A stretch of DNA of 64,000 nt, taken from Paramoeba atlantica (taxonomy: Eukaryota; Protista; Discosea). This document shows, in pieces, positions 1-11,222 of the stretch (position 1 is the stretch's first letter; each line of letters starts with the position of its first letter). The notes beneath the pieces were generated by a model that saw only the letters and a list, made by a program, of their open reading frames with translations, was not told the origin of the DNA and made no database searches. The translations under genes and the position numbers were made by a program. The DNA lies in assembly GCA_977017575.1 (NCBI GenBank), contig CDRNVI010000034.1, positions 124,001-188,000 of the forward strand. Direction: 5' to 3'.

Positions 1-123
1 AATCAAGGGCTTGATCATGACTGCAACGGAAAACGGAATCGCCTACACCGTTTGCTTCGTTCATTCATTACAAAGCGAAGAAAAGGGGATCGGTACGGTC
101 TTATTTTAGAACGACTTATGCGT

Positions 124-580
124 TACTGCCCCCTATTTAGTGTTGAGTGAAATTCGGCAAAATTCAACACTAAATAGGGGATACAGCTTTATGAACGCTG
201 TGGGGCATTTGTATAAAGGCCTGTAGGGGGACAGCTTGTAAAGGGGGATACAGCTATGAAGGCTAGGTCTGACAAGCAAAGTATAAAGGAGAAACAAACA
301 AGCGAACAATGAATACAACCCCGCTCATTAAAAATGGGACCAACGTTTATAGAGCTACGAGTCTTGCTTTTTGTTGATTGCAAGTATCACCCTGTATGAA
401 GAAAGTAAATTAAGGTAGAAATCGGTCAGCAATCACAAATAACAACAAAGATAAGAAAAAAACGCCTTTGGAAAAAAAAGAATTAAGCGCCGCTTCGCGG
501 CGCCTATATGCACCGAACCCAAAATTCAACACTAAATAGGGGGGGGTTGAGCACTCAATAGTAAATAGGGGGGGGCAGTA
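124..580. mobile_element. TA-flanked MITE (Tc1/mariner-type non-autonomous element)
   Basis: TIRs TACTGCCCCCTATTTA / TAAATAGGGGGGGGCAGTA; internal repeats of CAACACTAAATAGGG; GCGCCGC-TTC-GCGGCGC hairpin at 487-503. Confidence 0.75.
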
Positions 581-721
581 AGAGTAAGTTCAGGGATTTG
601 TCTATTACAGTCCAGAAGCTTACTTCGATGGTTGTATTAGAAAATCTTTATCTAAATAGGATAAAAATATCTTCTTAATAGGATTAGCTGTTAATAGGCC
701 TTTATAATCACCAAAGAGCTC

Positions 722-1483
722 CTAGTGAAGCAGGTGTATTTTAGTGCGACTACAGAACTCTTGGTCAGTGAAACAGTGGCGCAATGCAGGACTGTGTGTT
801 GAGAGATCTATCATTCCGCTAAGATCTCTATTTCCATCCAAAGTCAACCAAATCACCGTTCCGGGAAGCCTTTGAAAATCGACTTCGCCTTCGAAGAAAT
901 TGTTCCTAAGATAAATGCGTCTCAAATTGCTTTTGATATCCCCGAACTGAGGGGTTCCAGAGAGTTCATTGTGGGAAACATCGAGAAACCTCAAAGACGC
1001 GGGTAATAAACCGAAATTCAATTCTCCCGTAAAACAGTTATCGTCGACTGAAATAACCTGCATGAAAACTGGAAGATTCTTTATTGATCCAGTAAATTTA
1101 TTACTCGAAAGCCGCAGTGTCTCGAGCTTTGGGGGAAACAGTTCAAACTCTACTAATCCACAAAGCTCATGACGACTAAGGTCCAATATAAGGACGGACT
1201 TTGGAAGATGTTCCCAGAAAAAGGTCCCTTGCAGATTGCATCCCTTCCAATCAATTGCCCCTACTTCTCCCTCTTCATTGCACCACACACCGTGCCACTC
1301 GCACGCAGGGGTGTTCGTGTTCCAAGTGGGGTTCAAATTCTTTATTCCTCGAACAAAGAGGTCCAATTTATATTCCTGAGGTAATTCACTGCCTTGTATC
1401 TTCCCTAGGCGAGTACTCGGAACATCGGCTGTGCATATACCCGAGCATTGTGTATGCAACGTCCAAAATATGACACTAATCAT
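722..1483 (-). CDS. Short leucine-rich repeat protein (LRRNT-like cap plus ~22-aa LRRs)
   Basis: PSTRLGKIQGSELPQEYKL, TPACEWHGVWC cap, LPxxLxxLxLxxNxFxG repeats; probable start MISVIFW (ORF track opens at 1579). Confidence 0.9.
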   Translation of the reverse strand: MISVIFWTLHTQCSGICTADVPSTRLGKIQGSELPQEYKLDLFVRGIKNLNPTWNTNTPACEWHGVWCNEEGEVGAIDWKGCNLQGTFFWEHLPKSVLILDLSRHELCGLVEFELFPPKLETLRLSSNKFTGSIKNLPVFMQVISVDDNCFTGELNFGLLPASLRFLDVSHNELSGTPQFGDIKSNLRRIYLRNNFFEGEVDFQRLPGTVIWLTLDGNRDLSGMIDLSTHSPALRHCFTDQEFCSRTKIHLLH

Positions 1484-1643
1484 ATTAAAATTTAGAAAAA
1501 GAAACCTGACTAAAGTCTTGATCCAAATGCGTTTCGAGATATATTTCTTAGAAATGGGGGAACTAATTCTGGGGGACAATCAAATTTGTGAAACTCAGTC
1601 AACGTTGTCAAATTATAAAAAATGCTGTATTCCCCCGTTAAGA

Positions 1644-2064
1644 AGAAGAAGAAGGTTCGGATGGCTCTGCAGCGCCAACTGTTAGGGTAGAGTCCCAGGT
1701 CACCGACCTTCATTGTCTTGCTACCCCATTCCCAGGCGGCACTCGACGCCTTGCGGCCCGAGCACGGCTACCCAACCGTAGCTACCAGGACGGGTGTCCG
1801 CTCCGTTGCATCGTGTAGGTTGTGTCTCAGGCCTCCTTTGCGCAAGCAGCTCGCAATTTAGAGGCTGCGCTGGAGCCTGGTTCAGCTCGACGGTTCCGGG
1901 TCGGTCCTCCAGGGGAGCGGTGCTGGGTGTGGGCATTGAAGGCACTCCTGATCGCTTTCCCTTTGTAGTGAGGCCGCCAGGTTGCGAGTTTTGCCGATAG
2001 CGGGGATCGAACCAACAACCTGCAGGTTGTAAGGCCCACCGTCTGCCAACTATGCCCGAACCAC
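1644..2064 (-). mobile_element. tRNA-derived SINE
   Basis: Head with A-box-like GGGCATAGTTGG, CTTACAA anticodon-loop-like segment and B box GGTTCGATCC; (CTT)n tail; 14-bp direct repeat TTCCCCCGTTAAGA at 1630-1643 and 2065-2078. Confidence 0.85.
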
Positions 2065-2317
2065 TTCCCCCGTTAAGAGCACTTCGTCTTTTCGTAAAAA
2101 GCGCGCTTAACGGGAGGGGTCTGAATCACTAGAGATACGAAGGCTATGCAGCAGAAAAACGTCGATGGCGACACTTCCGGGAAAGTCTGGAAATTTTGTT
2201 TCTTGCTTTAGAAACATCCCAGAACAGTTGCAAAACTTTAATAACAGAAAAGAAGGATTTTGTTTAAAAAGCGGCACTTTCCTCAATATTTTTCTTTATC
2301 CCCCTATTTACTATTAT

Positions 2318-2485
2318 TACCGTGTCCCCTTATTTAGTGTTTAAATTTTAGCTTCGCAGATATACAGTAACTCTGTTGTAGGTGCCGCGAGGCGGCGTCG
2401 AAAAATTGTACGCCTCTATTTTATCTCCCCTACTTAGTGATAATTTTTGCTCAATTCCACTAGACACTAAATAGGGGAGACGGTA
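2318..2485. mobile_element. Small TA-flanked MITE
   Basis: TIRs TACCGTGTCCCCTTATTTAGTGT / ACACTAAATAGGGGAGACGGTA; internal GTGCCGC-GAG-GCGGCGT hairpin. Confidence 0.7.
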
Positions 2486-2565
2486 ATATTTCCGCGGACT
2501 GTACACTTTTAATTGACGAGACATGTGCTGGGTAGCATTAGCTCTTGATAACCCTAAAATGAGAC

Positions 2566-3357
2566 TTATTCCGGCACTCTCTTCCACCCGCGGTCGAATT
2601 CAGAATACTCAAAACAGTTGGATAGTTTAGTTTTCCATGCATTAGGTTCCAATCTTATAATTTCAAGACTTTGGGGAGGATTCCTCAAATCCGCAACGCC
2701 CGAAAATTTATTTTGACCCATCTCCAAAAACCAAAGTCCTTCGTGTAGAAAAGAGAAATCAACCTCACCACTCAGCTCATTACGGCTAATATCAATTTGC
2801 ACAAGAGAGCGTGGCAGAGCGCTCAAATTCACTGTCCCCGTAAATCGATTTGAACCAAGCAGCAAGGAAACCATTCCGTGGGGTAAGTGGGTCAAAACCA
2901 GAGGACCCATAAATGAATTCCGTCGCACCTCCAATTCCTTTAGCGTTGCCGGTAGCGCGTCAAGTTCAAGTCTTCCCGACACATAATTGCTGTAGCCGTC
3001 GAACACAGCAAGGCCGAGAGGCAGCAATGAGGTGTCAAGAGTTCCAGTGATCGCATTAGTCGAGAAACGCATCTGCACTGTGTTTACAGGCAAATATTCC
3101 CACTTCAAAAAACCCTGCAATAAACATGGATTAGAACTGCGATTGGAATACAAGGTATCCCAATGAATACTTAGAGTTTTTAGGTCTCGTTCACAGCTCA
3201 CGCCTTCCCATTGACATCCAGGTGTGGACGACGTCCATGATTCGTGTGGATTCTCGATACCGGAGATCAAACGTGTAAGTTGAATTTCTAATGGTAACAC
3301 TGAACGGCAGATTTTACCTCTATGAACGAGATCTGTCATAAAAGATATTTTGTGCAT
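2566..3357 (-). CDS. Short LRR protein
   Basis: HRGKICRSVLPLEIQL, TPGCQWEGVSC cap, about 6 LRRs. Confidence 0.9.
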   Translation of the reverse strand: MHKISFMTDLVHRGKICRSVLPLEIQLTRLISGIENPHESWTSSTPGCQWEGVSCERDLKTLSIHWDTLYSNRSSNPCLLQGFLKWEYLPVNTVQMRFSTNAITGTLDTSLLPLGLAVFDGYSNYVSGRLELDALPATLKELEVRRNSFMGPLVLTHLPHGMVSLLLGSNRFTGTVNLSALPRSLVQIDISRNELSGEVDFSFLHEGLWFLEMGQNKFSGVADLRNPPQSLEIIRLEPNAWKTKLSNCFEYSEFDRGWKRVPE

Positions 3358-3773
3358 AAAGATGCGTAATTTAGAATAATATTAGATAGCAATTAAACGC
3401 CTGTGTAGTTTACTGTGTCTTCCTGGCAGAGTAACTGGGTATAAAGATTTCTTCTTTAGAGGGTTGAAACATCCCCATCCGCACCCAGTGCATCTTCAAC
3501 GACAAAGACTTAACGAAAATTGGAAGATCCAGAAGGAACACGTTCGGGGAGACACTCCGGGAGAGGGATGATTTTTTTTCAGCCAATTTGTATGAGAGCT
3601 TCACAATGCGCGTTTTTTGCTGAATGCGTCGGTCTGAAACTCTATACCGAAAGCGTTTCTATCCTATACTATAAGACCGAGGCTAAAATTACGCAAAAAT
3701 TGCTAATTTTAGACCCCCCCAGCATCTGATTTGCACCCCTGTATATTTTAGAGAAGAATTCCCATTTTGTCAC

Positions 3774-3922
3774 TTTTTCGCCTTTCAATCTTACACACTT
3801 CTTAAGGCGTGAGTCAAAATTTAAGACCTATTGTAAACTTAAGACTTGCTGTCGAAACTTACTGTTCTCACATTTTGAGAAAAACAAGACTACTTTTTGC
3901 GTACACATCGGATGAATGAAGG
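3774..3922. repeat. Dispersed repeat shared with 17588-17711
   Basis: Shared CGCCTTTCAATCTTA..ACACTTCTTAA.GGCGTGAGTCAAAA ... GCGTACA.ATCGGATGA.TGAAGGC. Confidence 0.75.
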
Positions 3923-4783
3923 CCACAGACAGGTAATCCAACAATTCTGATTACAAATGAGCGTAATACTCACACTTCTTTAGATATCCACGTAAAGGAG
4001 AAAAGGGGACAAACTGAGCTAACTATATATGAAAAGCGCGAATATGAAAAGCGCGAAATCTGTCTATCGACTCTCTCGGTAAAAAGAATCCGAGAAAAAT
4101 ACGGAATATCGCGAAGCAGAGTATATGAAATCCGTAGCCACGGTATCAGCTACTTTCAGAAACTCATTGATCGTTCCATGGGGAACAACCACAGGAATCG
4201 TGCTTTCAACGTCCGAGGAGGCGACTACAATGATCCCGAAGCAGTCCACTACAATAAGTCTGAGGCAATGGAACGGGTACACGGCTCGTGCGTTCAAGCC
4301 TCCTCGTTATGGTGCCCCCTCACCAGAAATAGAGTCATCGACATGATCCGACAAAATACGGGATTGACTTCAATAAGTGTTTTGGAAGATACCTGTGCGA
4401 AGTTCAGACGGTACTATGGTTGGGTTTGGCGGCGGTGGGGCAGAACACAGTGCTTAGCTCCCGCTGATGTGAACTTCCGAATTTCTCGTTGGACTGAAAA
4501 GCTCTACGTTCAAAACACTGTTCGTTGCTACCGTTTCGCTCTTTTCGGGGATGAAACCGCCATGTTCGTCAATGGAGAGGTGCAAGGGTACACACTTGCT
4601 CCGATAGGGTGCCCGCAACCTAAAGTAGTGGACACAAATCCAAAGGAAACTGTAATGGCATTTCTTGCCGGCGTCTATGATTTCGGGGCCGACGAAGTTT
4701 ACCCGCTCCACCTTACATTTTTTGAACAGCATCATGATTCACATGCTTCCGCTGATAAGTTTCTCTGCGGAGATGAAGATTAA
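3920..4783 (+). pseudogene. IS630/Tc1-mariner-like transposase, truncated at both ends
   Basis: Frame is open 86 codons upstream of ATG 4178. HTH-like SVKRIREKYGISRSRVYEIR, second HTH-like LTRNRVIDMIRQNTGLTS, first catalytic motif LFGDETAMF; stops before the second D and the E. Confidence 0.6.
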
Positions 4784-5439
4784 ATACGCCACAGTGCCAT
4801 AACAGCAACCAATGACGAATGAATACAGACTCCATTTGGTAAACAAACTCTGTGACTTGCTTTTTTTAGTTCCTGCCGAGAACACGCTCACACGTAAAAA
4901 TATCGCAAAAAAGTGGCGACCATGCGTTCCCGGTACTCTATCTTATCGTCCTGCCCTCACTGAAGAGACTCAAGATGAGCAAATAATTGACACCCAAGAT
5001 TGTTTAGGGCAACTAATGCTTCATGCAGACAATGACCGAAGGGACATAAACGCAGAGGGGTGGGGTCAGTCCGTAGCGTAAGCTGATACTTTCGAATTGT
5101 AAATTTGGGAAGGACTGTCATTTTATCTTGTGCTAAGTTTACGCCTTTTTTTTCCGTGAGCTCTTAACGCTTGTCTTGTTTTTCCCCGTCGTGAATGTAA
5201 TTTCTTTCTTTCCATCCTTAGTTTATTTGTGTGAAACCTTATATGAGTAGGAAACCAAAGCCTTTTGGGCTCAATTTTTATGTTAGAACACCTATGATTT
5301 AACTGAATGGAACCGTTATAGCTACATGGAATATAAGCTGAATGTGAGCATGCATGATTTGTTTCTTGTTGTTAATTGTTTATTCCTAATTATAGTGTAC
5401 ATCAATAATGTACAGTGGTTTCAAGATGTCTCTTCCCAT

Positions 5440-5560
5440 CATATGAGCACTAGGGGGTCCCTATGAAAAAAAGGTACCAAAGCGCTTCACTAGGCGAACG
5501 AGATCTCTCGTTTGCAACAAAAATGAGCAAAAACGGACAAAAAAACTCAAAATTGGGGGA
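5440..5560. repeat. Dispersed repeat related to the left arm of the Tc1 element at 29988 (also ~59120-59400)
   Basis: Shared GGGGGTCCCTATGAAAAAAAGG..CAAAGC..TTC.CTAGG..A.CGAGATCTC..AAATGAGCAAAAAC; inverted at 30040-30130. Confidence 0.6.
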
Positions 5561-5902
5561 AGTTCAATTGAAACCACTGTATATCCTCCATGTGCCCCTT
5601 CACCCCTATGAACAAGTGCCCCTTCACCCCTCCTTGACGCCCTCCTCTCCTGCCCTCTTCCTCTACCATCCTCGCCCGCCCTCCTGGCCATGTATTTTAC
5701 AGTTTAATTTTTTTTGTCGTGTTATGAGTAAACACGGCGCGGCGAAGCGGCGCCAATTTTTTTTCATACCTTTTCATCACCCCCCCCCCTCCCCCCTTTT
5801 TTTATTATTATGGACAAAAGCCGAAAAAGTGTCGATAATAAAGTGGGGTTCACAGTATGTTATCGTGTAGGGGAGACAAACTCAACCGTTACCTTGCTCA
5901 GT

Positions 5903-6709
5903 TTATTTTTTTCCGAGGCGAACATTCGTTTTTTCCACTTGGACGTCCAGTATGTCAATATCCGGGCCAATCTCACCACAGAGGTCTTCGTTGCTGTGTA
6001 TCCAGAACTGTCGCATTCCTTTAGGAAGGCTGTCAAACCTTGCTACGCCAGAGAAGCCATTCTTAGAGACATCGAATACTTGAAGATATGGTGGCAAATT
6101 CTGTAACTGAAGAGTTCCGGTAAATTTATTCCCAGATAAGTCTAATTTTAACATGTAACGCGGAAGGTAAGAAAAGTCTACCCCACCGGAAAGAATGTTC
6201 CGAGACACAAAGAGCTCTTTCAGATTGTCCGGCAGATGGGTCAGATCCACACCTTCTTCAAACTGATTGTGCTGCAGGCGCAGGAAAGCGAGAGTCTTCG
6301 GTAAATGCCGTAGATCTAACCCACCATTCAAAAGGTTGTTTTCTGCATTGAAGTGCATAAGATGGAATGGCAAGCTAGCAAGATCCAAAGTTCCGGTAAG
6401 CCGATTCCCCATCACATTGCAATACTGCACCGTGTGGGGTAGACTGTTCCAGTGCAACTCTCCACCAAGGCACGTCCCACTACTAGGCCAGTAAATCCGA
6501 ACAACTTCTCCGTGTTCATTACAATAAATGTCTTTCCAAGTGCACGCCGATACGCGCTTACCACGCCCGAAGAAAGGTCTTTTAGTCGTACGCCACGAGG
6601 CATGCTTTACGGTTATGTTTGAAATAAAATGCTCAAGCATATCTTCTTGGGACAGCAACATTGAGGACACCTTCCCACGACGATCAGAGCCATCATCCAT
6701 ACCGTGCAA
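5903..6709 (-). CDS. Short LRR protein
   Basis: DRRGKVSSMLLSQEDML, ACTWKDIYC cap, about 7 LRRs. Confidence 0.9.
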   Translation of the reverse strand: MHGMDDGSDRRGKVSSMLLSQEDMLEHFISNITVKHASWRTTKRPFFGRGKRVSACTWKDIYCNEHGEVVRIYWPSSGTCLGGELHWNSLPHTVQYCNVMGNRLTGTLDLASLPFHLMHFNAENNLLNGGLDLRHLPKTLAFLRLQHNQFEEGVDLTHLPDNLKELFVSRNILSGGVDFSYLPRYMLKLDLSGNKFTGTLQLQNLPPYLQVFDVSKNGFSGVARFDSLPKGMRQFWIHSNEDLCGEIGPDIDILDVQVEKTNVRLGKK

Positions 6710-6989
6710 GCTTTTCTATTCGCTTTTAAAAAAGGTAATTTTAGCCCTATGTCACATTCTATGCCCCCAAAAACAGAAAACTTTGGCAAAACACTTTTCT
6801 ATGGGACATAAGAGGACTGAAACTAGAGATTTACGATCCCGGCCGATCCCACCGGTCCTGGTTGAATTTACGTGGAAGAAAAGACTTGGTGAAAACGCGA
6901 GTTCTAGAAATTCGGCGAAAGAAATAGCGACTATTGTTTTACGGAAACTCATTCAATTGGTAAAAATCAAAAACAATGTTCATATGAAG

Positions 6990-7151
6990 GTAGGAGAAAC
7001 TAAAGGCCCCCTAAGTCTCCTGATCTCAACCCCATCGAAAATATTTGGGGACAAATTGAATCACACAAAAATACTAAACGTCCCAAAAATAGGGGGGAAT
7101 TTGCGTGATGCAATACATTCAGGGATTGAATTGTTGAAAATATTTTGTTGA
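6990..7151 (+). pseudogene. Tc1-like transposase C-terminal remnant
   Basis: 7007-7060 reads PPKSPDLNPIENIWG, the Tc1/IS630 motif around the catalytic E. Confidence 0.7.
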
Positions 7152-7275
7152 AGGACTTTCCCCCCCTCTAAAAGCCCGTACTGTTCTGTTTAACAAGTAA
7201 ATTACTACTTAACAAGCAAGGTTGATTCGAGCAAAGTTGTACATACGATCATTGTCGTTTTAGTATCGTTCTCCA

Positions 7276-7389
7276 TTTTTTTTAGGCTCTTCGTTAAACG
7301 CGGCAGTAGTTCTCAAGACGAAGCGCGCAGCAGTGGTGTCATCTAAGTTGAAAACAACCACTACTTTCAACGAAGAGCCTAAAAAAGAA
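7276..7389 (-). mobile_element. Solo terminal hairpin of the asymmetric-hairpin element family
   Basis: TAGGCTCTTCGTTAAACGCGG ... CGAAGAGCCTAAAAAAGAA palindrome with the family loop. Confidence 0.8.
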
Positions 7390-7629
7390 TAAAAAGTGGT
7401 AGAAAAAAGGTCAAAGTAGTAAAAAATACAGTATCTTAAGAAGCTACTCAAGCGCCGATCCCGCCCGATCCCACCTGATAAGTGACAGTGTCCTCCAGGT
7501 TTCAGCCCTCTAAATCTCCCAAATGCAACAAAAATGAGTAAAAGCGAATAAAAAAGCTTTGCTAAATTTAAAATTTTCTAAGTAGAAGATTAGTACATCG
7601 AATAAAGTGCGCAGTGCGTAATATTTGTT

Positions 7630-8541
7630 TTACGGTTTCTGTGGACCTCTGAAATCAAATCTAGGTAATTTATACCGTGTAGAAGGATTTTTTCGCCTCT
7701 CTCCGTCTTTGATCATTACTATATTCGTTCCTGAAGTGTCAATTCTTGTAATCGGTGAAGTTTTCCTTAGTGATTCCGGTAGTTCGAGATACGTAACTTC
7801 TCCAATAAGATTTAAGTTGTTGCTCACCCATAAATATTCTAAGCACTGCGGAAGCATGTCAAAAGACACCAAACCTGAAAAGCAGTTATGGTCCAAAAAC
7901 AGGCGTTCTAGTAACTGAGGCAAGTGCGTTAAATTTAAGGGACCATTTAACTCATTGTCAGATAACTTAAGATAAACCATGTTCAATGGCAAATCCGTGA
8001 GACTTATGCCTCCAGAAAAAGTATTTTCAGCAATGGATAAGCGTTCCAATTCTTTGGGCAAACAGCTGAGGTTTATGTCTCCTACAAATTGATTATCATC
8101 AAGAATCACCTTTCGCGAATTCACGGGGAGATCCTGCAACTCAACTTTTCCCCTTAGACAGTTAGAATCCGTATCTAGCTGTATCAGAAGGGGTGGTAAC
8201 GTGAGAAGTGGTAGCCCACCTGTAAGTCTATTGAGTCTCACGTTTAGGAACTTTAAAGAACGAGGGAGCATTTCCCAATTAAGAGCCCCTGAAAAACTTT
8301 GTGAAGGCATGTGTATGCCAGTGACACGTTTTTCCAGATCGCAGTGTACCCCTTTCCACTGACACACGGGCGTGAGTGTATTCCAATCGGGCGGTACAAC
8401 ATCGAGTTCTTTGATGAGCTGCATCAGCTCATATTCCGGTGGTAGATTAGCTCCCCGAACCTTGCTCGGTAGTCTGCGCATCGCAGTGGCGTTGGTGTCG
8501 TCGGCAGCGCGGAACACAAAGGCTTCTATGATGTGCATCAT
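7630..8541 (-). CDS. Short LRR protein
   Basis: SKVRGANLPPEYEL, TPVCQWKGVHC cap, about 8 LRRs. Confidence 0.92.
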   Translation of the reverse strand: MMHIIEAFVFRAADDTNATAMRRLPSKVRGANLPPEYELMQLIKELDVVPPDWNTLTPVCQWKGVHCDLEKRVTGIHMPSQSFSGALNWEMLPRSLKFLNVRLNRLTGGLPLLTLPPLLIQLDTDSNCLRGKVELQDLPVNSRKVILDDNQFVGDINLSCLPKELERLSIAENTFSGGISLTDLPLNMVYLKLSDNELNGPLNLTHLPQLLERLFLDHNCFSGLVSFDMLPQCLEYLWVSNNLNLIGEVTYLELPESLRKTSPITRIDTSGTNIVMIKDGERRKNPSTRYKLPRFDFRGPQKP

Positions 8542-8800
8542 AAGTTCACACGGATTATTTAAATATTTTGACAGGAGACGAAAAAGAAAAAAAACACTGC
8601 TTTGTAGTGCTTATGCTAATTCAACGTACTAAATGCCGTAAATCCTACACTGCGGTGTATTTACGCTCCACCACAACCATGAAGAAAACACTATAGAAAA
8701 CTACGATTGCAAGAAATGTTTGTTTCTTTTCTCTGAGTCTCTATAACCCATTGATACGTGTTGCCCCCCCTCTCCTCCTCTCCCCGAAAAAACAAGAACC

Positions 8801-10141
8801 CTACCCCCTCTTCGTCGGTACCTCTTCCGACAAACCACCACTCTCCTCCCCACCCCCTCCTTGCGGTACCGCAAACACCCTATAGGGTTTATAAAAATCC
8901 CGAAACGGGAACGGGGTAGCAAAGGCACCCACTCTTTTCCCGTTATTGTTATTATCGCTGTGTTGTGCGCTCTCCGGGTTCCCGCTGTCCCCTCCCCCCG
9001 TGCCCCCTGGCTCCCGGAGCACCACCTCCGTGACGTGCATCATGACGCGGGGGTGGCACAACAGGGGGACACGGAACACACTGTGGAGCATCCGGTCCAG
9101 GTGGGGGGGTAGGACCCCCTTGTAGGGGTGGGTGCGTATCTCCACACACAGCACCTCCCGGGGAAACGTGAAGGAGAGGGAGGGGGAGGTGGGAGAGGAG
9201 AAGTAATCATCCCCGAAGTGAGGAGAGTAAGGGGACGCCGGAGAGGTCGTGTTTCCTTCTGTGTTAGGAGAACAAGAGGACTCCGAAGAGATCTTGTCTC
9301 TTTTTGTATTAGGAGAACAAGAGGACTCCGGAGAGGTCTTGTTTCCTTCTGTATTAGGAGAATAAGAGGACTCCAGAGAGGCCTCGTTTTGATGAGGAGA
9401 AGAAGAGGACTCCGGAGAGGTATTAATTTTATTATTACTGTTGTTGTAGTAATAATTTTCATTGTGATAAAGATAATCATTGTGATTGTAATGTACATTC
9501 TGGTTGTCATTGTTGTTTTTGTGTTGTATGTAGGTGAGAGGTGTTCCCTCGCCCATGCTATGGGCTCGCACAAGGGAGAGCCCTGCGGGGCTGAATACTT
9601 GTTGCCACGAGCGAAGAGTGTCGTGGAAACGGGGAAGGTATGGAAGAAGGGCATGGAGGGTAAGTCGGGGTGGGGGTGAGGAAATAGGTGAGAAATGTTG
9701 AAAGTTTGCATCGGAAACCAAACGGGGGAAGGCAGACGGGTCGCTGCTTTTCAGATCCATACTGGAGGATGGGGTCACGGTGCAGGAAATGACGCCACTG
9801 AGCGAGTAAGGGATTTCGTAATCCACGTGGGCCTGCAGAGCGGTACCTTGTGTGGGAGACCGACGTGAGAGCTCTTGTTCGATAAAGTGTACCATTGAGG
9901 GACGTAACGGAGGGTAGACGCTATGATGACGGTTACATAGAATGGGTTTTACGAAAGCCCAGTGAGGGGGATCCCAGGAAAGGGTACGATAACACTGTGA
10001 GCAGCTCAGAAAAGGAATTAAAGTGGAAGGAGGTAGAACTGTGTGGGCGACACGGAGACGTTTCATTTGTTCTACACAAAGCTGTGTTTTTGTCTCGGAT
10101 TGCTTTTTGAGAACATCTTGAAGGGCACGTGGAGGTTTCAT
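8801..10141 (-). CDS. Hypothetical protein with Asn-rich tract and 15-aa Ser/Pro repeats
   Basis: 446-aa ORF on the cluster strand; coding 45-bp tandem repeat (SPESSCSPNTEGNKT-like); no recognisable domain. Confidence 0.7.
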   Translation of the reverse strand: MKPPRALQDVLKKQSETKTQLCVEQMKRLRVAHTVLPPSTLIPFLSCSQCYRTLSWDPPHWAFVKPILCNRHHSVYPPLRPSMVHFIEQELSRRSPTQGTALQAHVDYEIPYSLSGVISCTVTPSSSMDLKSSDPSAFPRLVSDANFQHFSPISSPPPRLTLHALLPYLPRFHDTLRSWQQVFSPAGLSLVRAHSMGEGTPLTYIQHKNNNDNQNVHYNHNDYLYHNENYYYNNSNNKINTSPESSSSPHQNEASLESSYSPNTEGNKTSPESSCSPNTKRDKISSESSCSPNTEGNTTSPASPYSPHFGDDYFSSPTSPSLSFTFPREVLCVEIRTHPYKGVLPPHLDRMLHSVFRVPLLCHPRVMMHVTEVVLREPGGTGGGDSGNPESAQHSDNNNNGKRVGAFATPFPFRDFYKPYRVFAVPQGGGGEESGGLSEEVPTKRG

Positions 10142-10250
10142 TCGTGAGTTTGTAAGTATAGTTTAAGATATAAATATTTATTGCAGGGTTCGCAGAAACT
10201 ATAAAACTATCAATATACAATGAAGTACTATATACACTGCCGACCAATAT

Positions 10251-11222
10251 TACTGTGCCCCCCACTTATAGTGCCGCGGGGTACCCCCCCACTTATAGTG
10301 CCGTTTCGAAAAAAAAATTTCCGAGAAAAAATGACCAATTTTTTTTGACCAAAAAGTAGAGCAAATACGGTGTAAATTTCTAATATATTCGTGTATGGAA
10401 ATAGTTGAAACTTTATTATTAGTTCCCTTCATCAGTTGGACACTATGAAGATTTAGATGGCAGCGGATGACACTGGATGGCAATTTCGTAATGGTTTACC
10501 AAAACTAAAATTTGTGGAACGGTTTGCGCACATTTGAAAAAAAGTAAGGATGTAATCGAGACAATCATTTTCTGCAACTTCCGTGCTTACATCGCCTTCA
10601 ACAAATACTAGAAGCAGAGTCACGAACTTTGCCACCCTCGTGCTGGTGAGGACATTTCTCTTCGGTCACGCGCCATGCTTCCAAAATCTTTAAAAATTTT
10701 TGGTATGTCATCATCATGCTTCCAGTTTAGGAACTGTCCGAAGTATTGAAAGCAACGGTGCCTCTTTTTTTCAATCACGCATCAATCGCGGCCTCAAAGG
10801 AAGAAAGCGCCAGAGAAGCTTTAACAAAGAGCGAAAGGCAATTTTAAGAAAAGTGCACCTTAAATAGCTCCAAAAAATTAATGGTAAGCGTGCAGTGACG
10901 AAGGTATTCGTCTTTTTCGTGCGGAATACAGCTCGCCATTTCGAAATTTATTCACGAATTAATATTTCACAAATCTATATTTTTGGGTATCTTTATATCA
11001 CTTTTTTTTACGACCACTATACCCCATACCCATCAGTGGAGTAGAAACATTTACAGCGCTTAGGCACTCAAAACCACATGATAGAAAGAATTGCGCCGCG
11101 AAGCGGCGCGCTTTTTTTTGGGGGGAGGAAAATTTTCACCCTCGACCTGAAACATACTACCCCCCCCACTTATAGTGCCGTTTGGTCGAAAACCGCGGCA
11201 CTATAAGTGGGGGGGCACAGTA
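10251..11222. mobile_element. TA-flanked TIR element, possibly a decayed pogo-like transposon
   Basis: 29-bp TIR TACTGTGCCCCCCACTTATAGTGCCGCGG; subterminal CCCCCCACTTATAGTGCCG repeats; weak minus-strand PTDEG near 10425-10440; GCGCCGC-GAA-GCGGCGC at 11093-11109. Confidence 0.75.

Noticed and set aside
1985-2064. Functional tRNA-Val gene
   Set aside because: The acceptor and anticodon stems pair poorly, and the sequence heads a TSD-flanked, tailed unit; called as a SINE instead.
6528-7151. 207-aa plus-strand ORF as a gene
   Set aside because: Antisense to an LRR gene at its start and out of frame with the Tc1 motif it overlaps.
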